DNA of 64,000 bases from Eledone cirrhosa (Eukaryota). Positions 21,658 to 33,859 of this stretch are shown here, one piece after another. A program made the translations under genes and the position numbers. The notes beneath the pieces were generated by a model, which ran no database searches, was not told the DNA's origin, and saw only the letters and a program-made list of their open reading frames with translations. The DNA lies in NCBI GenBank assembly GCA_964016885.1, contig OZ024741.1, positions 392,026,001 through 392,090,000 of the forward strand, read 5' to 3'. Positions within the stretch are counted from its first letter, which is position 1. Every line of letters begins with the position of its first letter.

Positions 21658-22904
21658 AGGCACCTCTAACAAAATACACCCCCGTCCCACTACCCCCACC
21701 CCATCCACACCGCCCCTTTCAATGTAAAGTTATGTTGGTATCACAACATCCAGGCCGAAACAAATGAGGTCGTGTAGGTGTCACAACAAAAAAATACACA
21801 GTCCACGCTGTAATGTGGCCATGTAGGTAACACGGTAAAAACCTCCCAGTTCCACACTGTAAATGTGGTTGGTGTTAGGAAGGGCATCCAGCCGTAGAAA
21901 ACCTGCCAGACAGTCCACGCTGTAATGTGGCCGTGTAGGCAACACGGTAAAAACCTCCCAGCCCTACACTGTAAATGTGGTTGGTGTTAGGAAGGGCATC
22001 CAACTGTAGAAAACCCGCCAGACAGTCCACGCTGTAATGTGGCCGTGTAGGCAACACGGTAAAAACCTCCCAGCCCCACACTGTAAATGTGGTTGGTGTT
22101 AGGAAGGGCATCCAACTGTAGAAAACCCGCCAGACAGTCCACGCTGTAATGTGGCCGTGTAGGCAACACGTTAAAAACCTCCCAGCCCCACACTGTAAAT
22201 GTGGTTGGTGTTAGGAAGGGCATCCAACTGTAGAAAACCCGCCAGACAGTCCACGCTGTAATGTGGCCGTGTAGGCAACACGGTAAAAACCTCCCAGTTC
22301 CACACTGTAAATGTGGTTGGTGTTAGGAAGGGCATCCAACTGTAGAAAACCCGCCAGACAGTCCACGCTGTAATGTGGCCGTGTAGGCAACACGGTAAAA
22401 ACCTCCCAGTTCCACACTGTAAATGTGGTTGGTGTTAGGAAGGGCATCCAACTGTAGAAAACCCGCCAGACAGTCCACGCTGTAATGTGGCCGTGTAGGT
22501 AACACGGTAAAAACCTCCCAGTTCCACACTGTAAATGTGGTTGGTGTTAGGAAGGGCATCCAACTGTAGAAAACCCGCCAGACAGTCCACGCTGTAATGT
22601 GGCCGTGTAGGCAACACGGTAAAAACCTCCCAGTTCCACACTGTAAATGTGGTTGGTGTTAGGAAGGGCATCCAGCTGTAGAAAACCCGCCAGACAGTCC
22701 ACGCTGTAATGTGGCCGTGTAGGCAACACGGTAAAAACCTCCCAGCCCCACACTGTAAATGTGGTTGGTGTTAGGAAGGGCATCCAGCCGTAGAAAACCC
22801 GCCAGACAGTCCTATACGAGCAAGACAACCAATCTTGCCTCAAGTGGGAATACCCCCGTCCAAACCCATGCCAGCGTGGAATACGGACGTTAAACGATGA
22901 TGAT
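21658..22904 (+). mobile_element. RTE 3' UTR-only copy with internal tandem amplification
   Basis: Matches the 3' UTR at 10793-11150; ends in (GAT)3. Confidence 0.9.
21799..22806 (+). repeat. 112-bp tandem repeat, 9 copies
   Basis: Units start with cagtcc at 21799, 21911, 22023 ... 22695. The unit is single-copy in the other RTE tails. Confidence 0.95.
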
Positions 22905-23082
22905 TGTTCAAGTGAGGAAAGTTGGTTGATCAAATAGTCTAATGACTTCGGTCGTAAACAGACGTACAGCACTCTACGACTTGTATTCCTTAAAGTATTA
23001 TCAATAATGTTATCAACTGGAGTGTCAATATTATAAAGAAGAGAGATGGTTTTAAATGTACATCCTATGTTTATTATATAAT

Positions 23083-23153
23083 CCTGTTATACACATTTTG
23101 AAGATGTCAAAGTGATTGCATAATAACACATTGACGTGTTCTCTTCAGACAGG
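23083..23153 (-). ncRNA. degenerate type I hammerhead motif (GAAA>AAAA)
   Basis: cctgt-CTGAAGA-gaacacgtcaa..ttgacatcttc-AAAA-tgtgta-TA-acagg; perfect stem I. Confidence 0.65.
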
Positions 23154-23789
23154 TGCAAAGTTGCAGTGTTTTTCTTTTGATATGCTACCTTGTCGGATTA
23201 TACATTTTCCACCTAATTAAAAGAACAATAATGGAACAGGTCAGAGGTTTGTGTAGTACAGAGTATATCAAGACTTTCAGCTAATAGGGACATCTTCAAT
23301 AGCAAAGCTAGTCACTACACTGATGCATTAGATAGGGCTAAATACAAGGATAAAATAGAATACATAAGAAGAGATAGAATTAATTACACACTCATACAAA
23401 AGCATAAACAAACTCATAGTACAAACACTAGTCAGGACACACTAACTCAAAATAAACCCAGAGGCACCCAATGCAAACAGAGATTGAACCAACTCAGCAT
23501 GCCTCAAATATAGTATTACAACTAGCACACGCTTAACCAGAAGGCAGGATACAAACAAACCAGTCCAAGGATACTAAAACCACATCACAACTAACTACAT
23601 CACTAGACATAACACTTCCTCCTCAGCAAAGTATGTTGAATCTAATGAAACTAGGCCACAACAGAACAATATTAACAGGAGACACCAGGTTATTAACAAA
23701 TGCTCTGACCTCTTTAATTATAGTATGCATATAATATCTAAAACTTTCCTGCGATTATATAGTTAGCATTTAATAACCTCTACCTACAC

Positions 23790-24809
23790 TTAATGCTGGT
23801 ATTACATACCTGCTTCTCAAAAGTGGTGGGTACTTCCTTCTGTACCAGCTTTCACTCTTCTTTCAATTCTGTCTTAACAATGGTGCTACTCTGGAGCAGT
23901 AGAAAACTGTCAGTGTCATTCCTCTGTTCAAAAAGGGTGACCGCATGTCGCTGTCAACTATCATCCAGTCAATTTTACTAGCTGCATTGACAAACTGATG
24001 GAATCCTGTGTCAGCGAAACGCTCTTGAACTTCTGGAATTCTCAGTCTTATCCGACCCTCACAATTTGGATTTATCCCTAACTCCAGCTGCTATGATCAA
24101 CTTATTGAGTTTCTTGAAGACATCTCCCAGATCACTGATGGCGGCTCATGGGTGGATGTTGCTTACCTTGTCTTTGCTAAAACTTTTAATTCTGTGCCAA
24201 ACAAAAGACTTATGGCAAAACTCTCTGCAATGGGTGTGAAGGATAATCTTTATAACTGGTTGAAGTCCTTCATTCTCAGTCGAAGAGAGGTAGTCACGGT
24301 TCTAGGACAGCATTCTTCACCATATGAGATGTCAGCTGGTGTACCACAGGGATCTGTTCTTGGTCCCCTTTTGGTTGTGGCATATATTAATGACATAGAT
24401 GCAAACTTAAAGAATCCCACAGTACTAAAATATGCAAATGACATCAAGCTGTACCTTGAGATAAAAAGGACAGATCTTTCTACAGATCTTTCCTGCAATT
24501 AGACCTGGACATAATGCAGCAATGGATCACAGACTGGCAACTCAAGCTGGCTGTGGACAAGTGTACCCCTATGCATTTTGGGAGGAAAAACCCAGCGTCC
24601 ACATATTCCCTCTACAACCTCCATCCTTCCTGAAATTTGCCAATACTACACCTGATAGCCGCCCTCCATACATATGCACACATGTATATTATGACTCATA
24701 CACGGTTCACTTTCCTGACATTTGTATATTATTCTATGTACTATACATGCACCTTTGATGTGTTTTAGTGCCCCTGAGCACTGTACACAATAATTTCATT
24801 ATTATTATT
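23790..24809 (+). mobile_element. CR1-like LINE fragment with an internal deletion near 24620
   Basis: GVPQGSVLGPLL, KYANDIKL. Jumps from the RT thumb to the last codons and 3' UTR; (ATT)n tail. Confidence 0.9.
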
Positions 24810-25199
24810 TTATAATCACTAAACCTATAAAATTCAGTGTGTTATATATGCGTTGCCTGCATCTCCTTCTCTACTACTGCATAGCTCTGAAATACGATTA
24901 CGTAGCCTTGAAATTAAATAAATAAATAAGTAAATAAGTAAATTTAATTCTTTAAAATATATGAACCAGAACGACTGACCTCTCTGGCATTTTGATACAT
25001 TAACCTACCTATCATCCCAAGAATTTTACTAAGAATAGTATCTCCATCACCCTGTTTACAAAAATATAGCCATGTATATCATATGACAACTGGAGTGGAC
25101 TGATACTACCACACTCCTAACTAAGAGCATATCATAAACAAAACATTACAACTTTGCACCTGTATGACAAGATCACTTTGATATCTTCAAAATACATAT

Positions 25200-25370
25200 A
25201 ATTGTTTCTACTTTTGGCACAAGGCCAGCAATTACCCAGTACATTACTGGTACTTTATTTTATCGACCCAGTAAGGATGAAAGGCAAAGTTAACCTCGGC
25301 GGGATTTGAACTCAGATTGTAAAGGGACATAACTCTTTGCGTCAAAGCATGGTGTCAGACCCTCTACTGA
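25200..25370 (-). mobile_element. SINE-like repeat fragment (also 27040-27205, 28015-28063, 63568-63795)
   Basis: Recurrent ctggtactttattttatcga..gaaaggcaaagttaacctcggc..gatttgaactcaga, which contains a B-box-like GTTCAAATCC on the minus strand. Confidence 0.65.
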
Positions 25371-25445
25371 TACATATAATATATAATAAACAGAGTATGT
25401 ACATTTAAAACCATATCTCTTCTTTATATATATACATTTCCTTCG

Positions 25446-25448
<3 letters not shown>

Positions 25449-25528
<80 letters not shown>
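25449..25528. repeat. (TA)n microsatellite (one of many in 6850-33045)
   Basis: Direct reading. Confidence 0.95.
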
Positions 25529-25529
<1 letters not shown>

Positions 25530-26482
25530 TAGACATGAAAAATGCGCAAGCTCAAAAGTGCCACAGAATGTTATAATAAACCTTCAAAAGTGTGGGACTA
25601 GAGTTGTTGCTAAAAAATATTGTAATCATTATATATCGTACATTCTGTGGCATCCTTTATAAAAATAGCTTAAACCAACGAAGCCTTTATTTTTACGCTA
25701 TTTCACTTAGTTAATTCTTAGAGTGTAACATATAAAAATATGATTTACAACTATAAAATAAATTAATTAATATAATAACAGAGCTGCGGAGCTGAAATTT
25801 AGGAAATAATGGAGTATCGGATCCTGAGTTGGAGCCAGTCAATTTTTGGCCGACTCCGCAGCCCTGTATAATACATTTCATATTAAAGTTATTAATAAAC
25901 CTATTTTACACTTCATGCAAATTACCACGAGATATTGATATTAGATATAAGATACAGCGCAATATCTACAGCTGTAAAAGTACGAAAGCGAAGTAATAAT
26001 AAGTGGCTTAAGGTAATTCCAATATGAAAGTTTGTAGTGATAAAAATTTGATAATGCAATACGATTGTTAATATTATAGTTCTATGAAAATGTAACAATA
26101 GATAACTAAATTATTTTACTATTAGTATATTTAAGAAATTATCATTATAGATTTGATCGTTCATATAAGCATCATATTAAGTTTCAACACAATTATTTTG
26201 TTACTATGAGTATATGATAATAATATTACGTAATTATTTATAGCTGTTATTACATTAAACATAGATGTATTTATTTTTATATGTTACACTCTAAGAATTA
26301 ACTAAGTGAAATAGCGTAAAAATAAAGGCTTCGTTGGTTTAAGCTATTTTTATAAAGGATGCCACAGAATGTACGATATATAATGATTACAATATTTTTT
26401 AGCAACAACTCTAGTCCCACACTTTTGAAGGTTTATTATAACATTCTGTGGCACTTTTGAGCTTGCGCATTTTTCATGTCTA
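25530..26482. repeat. foldback: apparently perfect 211-bp inverted arms (25530-25740 / 26272-26482), 531-bp spacer
   Basis: The arms read as exact reverse complements. Confidence 0.95.
25779..25866. mobile_element. hAT-type MITE
   Basis: TIRs CAGAGCTGCGGAG / CTCCGCAGCCCTG; 8-bp flanks tataataa / tataatac. Confidence 0.75.
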
Positions 26483-27601
26483 ATTTAATATTTTTTTAAG
26501 GCAACGCTTGTAATAACTCTAGTTAAACAGGATATATATTAATAATAAATTATCGTTGTAATGTAATTAGATTATGTAATTGTTATTATAAATTATCTTA
26601 TAAATATTAGTGTAAGATGTATAAAAATATTTTCAGACTTTTAATATAAACAACTACAAAAAACAATCAATATTAAATCAATATATTATACATAATAGAA
26701 AACATAAAATATACAATACAAAAACAAAATATTTACATACAATTGCAATTATCAGTGTATATACATTTTCTTTATATTCCCTGAGCAAATTAATAAGATT
26801 TGTTTTTATTGTACATAATTTGATGACTTGTTGGAGTGTATTAAAAGATAGCAACAATTTGTGATTAAATTGTTATCTTAAGCAACTCACTTTTTAATAG
26901 TTGTTGGCTGAGCGAAATTGTAAAAGCCTATGAGCAAATATAAAAAAAAATACACAAACAACATTTCCTTGTGTTATTACAACATTAGATAAAATAATTG
27001 AGCAATGTCGTTATATTTTGCTCTTATTGCACATTAATAGTGTTTCTATTTTTCGGCACAAATCCATTACGGCAGTCCATTACTGGTACTTTATTTTATC
27101 GAATTAGTAAGTATGAAAGTCGAAGTTAACCTCGGCAGGATTTGAACTTAGAATGCAAAGGACCATAACAATACTGCAAAGCATGGTGTCTGACGCTCTA
27201 CCAATACTTGTGTTGAGCTGGTCATTAATTTATGGTGGTCGTGCGTGGAGTAGAGCAATCGCTAGTTGAAATATTATGAACAAAACATTTTTATTTGCCG
27301 AAGAACATATTTTCAATACTGTTTGTGAATGTGACGAAGGAAATACATTCTGATATGGAACAGTGTACAAAGTGTGTCTGTGAATAACATAATGTTACCT
27401 CATGTTGTTGTCAAGACATAATGGATTTCGTATATCCAGTTAGAAGATGAAACCTAGCCATCTCGGATTAGTTATATTTCATGCCATGTGTAAACGTGTT
27501 TGAGGATAGCAAAATATGCGCGTTAATTATAATAATTAGTTAATAATATTACAAAATATACCTAATTAAACTCTTTGCTTGAAATTTTATCATTCTTCGT
27601 T

Positions 27602-27640
<39 letters not shown>

Positions 27641-28995
27641 GGGGAGAGAGATTTATCTAGTCCTTCGCTCAAGATTAATCTATAAGTTTAGATGTTTGCC
27701 TTCGTTTAAGTAAATATTACAGTAAGATTTTTAATATAAACAACTACAAAAAACAATTAATATTAAAACGAAAAAATTATCAATGATAAAAGAAGCGGAT
27801 GCAACTTTTTTTTTTATAAAGTTATATTCCTGTTTCTTTAAAGAACATTTCATTTTTGTTCTATTGTAGGCGAAATAATGCAATGGTTTAATAGGGAAGA
27901 TATAACTTACGAATTATGTCTCTAACCGTGTAACGCTTTTTAAGTAGATAACTACAATTGAAAATACTAAAGAAATGTAACCAACAATTCAATTTGAAAG
28001 TCGTCTAGTGACAGTGTATTACTGGTACTTTATTTTATCGACCCCGTAACGATGAAAGGCAAAAATGCAAATGCTTAAAATTTAAATTGCCTTAATTCTA
28101 TCGTCTGCTGTTTCATTAAAGGGAGATTATCGTCTGTATTTAATTCTATCGTCTACTGTTCCACTAAACAGATATACCTCCACTATCGTCTCTATTTATA
28201 CATTTTAACTTATAACTTATACACATTTGATTTGAAATATTTTATCTAGTCCCCCCTCTCAATATTATGATGATTTCTTTCGAATGAAACAGTTCTAGTC
28301 CTGTAGAAGCCATTTATATATATAATTGAACTGAGTTAAAAATTCACAATATTTATAATTAAATAAGCTCATATATATATGTGTGTATTTATCTGTTTAT
28401 TGTATTATATATAATGTGTGTATATACAGGATGTCCCCCAAAAATATATACACACTTCAACAGCATTCTAATAACTATTGCCTGTACAGGTAATCAAAGT
28501 GTCAATCGAATGTTAGTTTCGTGTTTTAACAGTACAAATTTACAATACACACATAAAACCAGTGTATATACATACATGAGTGTGTATACACATACATGAA
28601 TGTGTATATACAATATATATGTATATATATATAGACACATATATTCACGGTGCAACGGTACATTAAAATATAGATGCGGGAGAGGGGGGGTGTATATATA
28701 GGGGCGCTGGGGATAAAGGAGTGTAAAGCGTGTGTAATTGATATATTGAAGGAGAGGAGCGTGCAGCGATAGAGTAACAAATATATAGAGAGGGGGAGAG
28801 ATGGTATTGAAGGGAAGGAGTGCAAAGCGAAAGAGTAAGAGATATATATAGAGACGGAACAGATAGAGAGAAACAGGCGTAAGTAACAGTGGAAGAGATA
28901 TAGAGAGAGGTACTCTGATTGGTTGAAAATTAGCCAATGACATATGATCACCACCACCACGGCTATCCCCGAAAATTTTTTATGGAAGCTAGGCA

Positions 28996-29060
28996 TATAT
29001 GTTAGAACACGAAAAGTGAACATTCTGTTGTTTCACACTTTTCGTGTTCTAACAGATATA
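28996..29060. repeat. short hairpin directly upstream of the RTE
   Basis: tgttagaacacgaaaagtg / cacttttcgtgttctaaca. Confidence 0.85.
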
Positions 29061-29064
29061 TAAA

Positions 29065-32000
29065 AATTCACCTCATGCTGCCGGACGAAAGGGCAAGGCC
29101 CCCTCCTCTTTGTTTCGGCCGCGGATGGCCAACATAACCCCAACCCCATCCCCCTCACCCCTCCCTGCGCCCCATCCTCCAAACACAATCCAAAACTTCA
29201 GAGTTGGTACCATGAATGTAGGCACCTTAAAAGGCCGCTCTAACGAGGTTGTAGAAATGCTTGAACGTAAGGAGGTTGATGTTTGCTGTATCCAAGAGAC
29301 CAGGTGGAGGGGCGGGTCTGCTAGATTCAGTGTGGGTAAAAAACGTTGCTATAAGCTTTTCTGGGTGGGAAATGACAATGGTATAGGTGGGGTAGGAATC
29401 ATGTTAGCAGAAAAATGGGTGGATAAGATAATAGATGTAAATAGAGTAAATGACAGAATAATTAAAATAAGACTTGTTCTAAATAGAACTACTGTGACAG
29501 TAATATCTGCATACGCACCCCAATCCGGACTGCCTGGCGCTATAAAAGACTGATTCTATGAGACACTGATGCTCACTACCTCCCAAATAACCGACAGTGA
29601 CTATATAATTATTGCTGGCGACCTAAATGGCCACGTTGGACAACATTGTGACGGCTATGACGGAATCCACGGAGGCTATGGGTTTGGTACTAGAAACGAG
29701 GAAGGCTCCAGAATCCTGGAATTCTGTGATTCAAATAACCTAACTATCTGTAACACTAACTTCAAAAAACGAGACAATCACTTGATCACCTACAGATCAG
29801 GGGAACATAGCAGCCAGGTAGATTATATCCTTACCAGAAGATGTGACAGAGTGTCTGTTGTAAACACTAAATCCCTCCCCCATGAAGAATGCACCTCCTA
29901 ACATAGACTGATAATTAGCGACCTCATAGTCAGGACGAGACGTACTAGACAGCAGAAGAGGACTATCCTCAGGAGAAAAATATGGAAGCTAAAGGACCCT
30001 ACAGCCAGAAATAAATTTAAAAGCATATTACTTGATGCTTTCGACAGTAAGGAAGAGCAATTAGAGTCGTACAATATAGAGGAACAGTGGGAATTCCTGA
30101 AAGCAAACCTGCTGACGGCGGCAGACGAAGTCTGTGGCTGGAGCAGGCCTGTAGGCAGGAGGAGAGTAACATGGTGGTGGAACAGTAAGGTGGAGGAGTC
30201 AATTAAGGCCAAAAAGCAGGCTTGGAAAGTATGGCGGGATGGGGGAAGTAGAGAAGACTATCAAGTGGCCAGGAGGGAAGCTAGGAGACAAGTGTACTTC
30301 GCAAGAAGGGAAGCAGAGTTCAAGCATGTTCTACAACGCGAGGACCAAAAACGTGAGGTGTTCAGGATTGCTAGGCAATGTGTCAAGGAAAACCGTGATA
30401 TTGTCGGGGAGAAGTGTGTACTTAATGATGATGGCGTACTTGCCATCACTGACACTGATAAGAAGGTAGCTTGGAAGTGTCACTACGAAAGGCTACTAAA
30501 TGAGGAGAATAAATTTGGAGAAAGACAGTCTCCCCCACATCGACCCAATAGAGGGACCAGCAGTGTTAGTCGAAGGTAGTATAATAAGTAAGGTAATCAA
30601 AGATATGAAGACGGGTAAGGCGGCTGGGCCTTCGGGAATAGTTGCTGAGATGCTGAAAGCCTCTGGAACGGTAGGACACACCATGGTCACCCGGATAGTA
30701 AACCAAGTCATACAGAATGGGGTTGTTCCGAAGGACTGGCATAGCAGCATCATCGTTAACTGTTATAAGGGAAAAGGAGATGCCCTAGATAGGAGTAACT
30801 ATAGAGCCATTAAATTAATCGACTAGGTCATGAAGGTCACGGAAAAAGTAATAGCGCAACTTATCAGAGAGAGAATCGATCTAGATGAAATGCAGTTCGG
30901 GTTTGTATCAGGCAAAAGTACCACAGACGCTCTTTTCATTGTACGACAACTACAGGAGAAGTACCTAGCTAAAAGTAAACCCCTATACTTAGCTTTTGTC
31001 GACTTGGAGAAAGCCTTCGACAGAGTTCCCCGTTCCATTATCTGGTGGGCTCTTAGAAAACTAGGTGTTGATGAATGGCTTGTGAGAGCTATACAAGCCA
31101 TGTATAAAGAAACAGTCAGCAAGGTTAGAATTAACAACGAATATAGTGAAGAGTTTAGCGTAAAAGTTGGTGTTCATCAGGGCTTTGTTCTTAGCCCCCT
31201 ACTATTTATTATTGCCCTTCAGGCTATAACAGTGGAGTTCAAGACTGGCTGCCCATGAGAACTCCTATACGCAGATGATCTAACGCTCATAGCTGAATCA
31301 ATGGCCGAGCTAGAGAAGAAATTCCAAACATGGAAGCACGGCCTAGAATCAAAAGGCCTTAAAATTAACCTAGCTAAGACTAAAGTTCTAGTTTGTAGGA
31401 AAGAAAATAAGGCGCCGGTCCCTTCCGGGAAATGGCCATGCTCAGTGTGTAGGAAAGGCGTAGGTAGAAACTCCATTTTATGTCCCAAATGCAAAATATG
31501 GGTGCATAAAAGATGTAGTGGGATCACAGGTAAGCTAACTAAGAACACAGATTTTACATGTGGCCGGTGCTCTGGTGCAATAAGTAGCAGCAAGTGCCCA
31601 CAAATACTAGCTCTTTCAATTGCGCAGAAATAGTGGACAGCTTCCGTTACCTGGGTGACAAAATCAGCAGTGGGGGAGGGTGCTCTGAAAGTACAGTAGC
31701 TAGAGTCAGAACAGGATGGAAAAAGTTCAGAGAGCTTATACTACTATTAGCCGCTAAAGGGTTCTCCCTAAAAATGAAAGGCAGGCTGTATGATGCCTGC
31801 ATACGAACAGCAATGTTGCATGGCAGTGAGACCTGGGCATTGTGTGCAGAGGATATACACAGACTAGAGAGGAACGAAGCTTGCATGCTCCGCTGGATGT
31901 GTAATAATAATATACGCGAACAGCAAAGCATAAACGAACTAAAGGAAAAATTAGAAATAAGAGGGATCAGATGTTGTTTACTCGAGAGAAGGCTACGTTG

Positions 32001-32600
32001 GTATGGTCACGTGATGCGCATGAAAGACGACAGCTGTATAAAAAAGTGCAGGGCAATAAAGATAGACGGTAGCCACGGAGTAGGCAGACCCAGAAAAACC
32101 TGGGACGACCTGATAAATTCCGACCTCACACACTTACACCTCTCCAAGACAATGTCACTGGACCGAGATCTTTGGCGGTACTCAGTAATAGAGAAGACCC
32201 GCCTTACCTAAATACAAAGTAAAACCTACTAAAGGCAGTAGGCATCTCTAACAAAATACATCCCCTTCCCACCACCCCCACCCCATCCACACCGCCCCTT
32301 TCAATGTAAAGTTATGTTGGTGGCACAACATCCAGGCCGAAACAAATGAGATCGTGTAGGTGTCACGACAAAAAAAAAACACACAGTCCACGCTGTAATG
32401 TGGCCGTGTAGGCAACACGGTAAAAACCTCCCAGTCACACACTATAAATGTGGTTGGTGTTAGGAAGGGCATCCAGCTGTAGAAAACCCGCCAGACAGTC
32501 CTATGTGAGCAAGACAACCACTCTTGCCTCAAGTGGGAAAACTCCCGTCCAAACCCATGCAAGCGTGGAACATGGACGTTAAACGATGATGACGATGATG
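29065..32600 (+). mobile_element. near full-length RTE LINE (APE endonuclease, RT with PHD-like insert), disabled; ORF remnant ~29125-32211
   Basis: TMNVGTL, CIQETRW, SAYAP, AGDLNGHVG, VDYIL and the RT motifs; multiple stops and frameshifts. GATATATAAA on both sides is a candidate TSD; (GAT)n tail. Confidence 0.95.
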
Positions 32601-32605
32601 ATATA

Positions 32606-33021
32606 TAAAGCACCCAGCCCACTGTAAAGTGGTCGTGTACAGCAAAAGCACCCAGCCCACACTGTAAAGTGGTCATGTAGGTGTTACGACACAAAGCATC
32701 CAGTACACACTGTAAAGTGGTTGTGTAGGTGTCATGACAAAAAGCATCCAGCCCACACTATAAAGTGGTTATGCTGGTGACATGCAAAAATCACCTAGTC
32801 TACACTGTAAAGTGGTCATGTTGGTGATACAACAAAAAGCACCCAGTACTCACTGTAAATGAGGTTGGTGTTAGGAAGGGCATCCAGCTGTAGAAACCAG
32901 ACCATAATCAGTTCTATATGTGCAAGACACGGTCACCTGACCTAGCATTGCCTACAACAGGACAACTCGTCTAATCCATGCTAGCGTGGAAAAATGGACG
33001 TAAAATTGTGATGATGATGAT
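32606..33021 (+). mobile_element. RTE-related/SINE 3' tail with 5-6 diverged ~48-bp subrepeats
   Basis: Repeated aaaagcacccagcccacactgtaaagtgg units, then ttaggaagggcatccagctgtagaa and (GAT)n. Confidence 0.85.
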
Positions 33022-33579
33022 ATATATATATATATATATATATACCTATGAATTTGTTTTGCAAGGTTTTTGATATGAAATCGTGTGTTGAAACAAGTAT
33101 TGTTATATTTGGGGAGGGTCATATTGTTATAATATTGCCAGAATAATAATAAAACACACTCACTGTTTGGTTTGGATTGGTTTTCGCTTCTGTATATTTT
33201 ATATCTCCATAGTTAATTTATCTGGCAATCAATGTTTATCATTGATTGACCAACAGTTAAAAATATAGATATAAATACATATATATAGTCTATCGAAATT
33301 CTTTCATCACACCACTGTGACACCATCAGTGGTACTATTATGTTTCCTTCCGTTGTATTGTAATATCTAATCTATTTTTATTTATTGATTTATTTATTCT
33401 GGTCTCTGTTTGCACTTGCATTTGTGTGTGTGTTTTCTGTTTGGTGTTTGGTGTGTGATCGTGTCTGAGTCTGTGTGTGTTTCTATTCTATCTTTGCTTA
33501 CTAGTGTATGGTTATGTGTGGTTGTTGTTATTGTACGTGTGTATATTTATTTATACTCATCTTAGGTCATAAAAACATC

Positions 33580-33820
33580 CCCACAAGAGAGTACCAATAA
33601 ACCCGAATTAGAAAATAACACAATGGAGAGCATCCAGCAAATAGCTAATTCCATACACCAGAGCATAACAGTAACTATTGACTACCCTCCCAAACACCCT
33701 AACAATAGACGACCAGTATTAGACACTAAACTCTCGTTAAACACTATAAAACCTAAATTCTCCACTTACACTATGCTAAACCAATGGCCTCCAAATACCT
33801 TATACACAAAAACTCTAGCC
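33580..33820 (+). mobile_element. Penelope-like RT fragment from a different family
   Basis: TMESIQQIANSIHQSITVTIDYP..RPVLDT and, after a frameshift, ILHLHYAKPMASKYLIHKNS, resembling PLE RT C-terminal motifs. Confidence 0.65.
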
Positions 33821-33859
33821 GATTTTCCCGAAATTTTAAGGCATATTATGCACATAAAA

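Noticed and set aside
23255-23305. Possible further hammerhead (TTGAAGA..GAAAGTCTTGA, minus strand)
   Set aside because: The core C and the NUH site do not fit, and there is no convincing stem I.
28425-28460. Tc1/mariner-like TIR (TACAGGATGTCCC)
   Set aside because: No partner TIR or transposase found.
29065-29125. HDV-like ribozyme in the RTE 5' UTR
   Set aside because: Known in some RTEs, but I could not build the nested double pseudoknot by eye.
33068-33110. Hammerhead-like TTGATATGA..GAAACAAGTATTGTT
   Set aside because: Non-canonical core spacing and no stem I.
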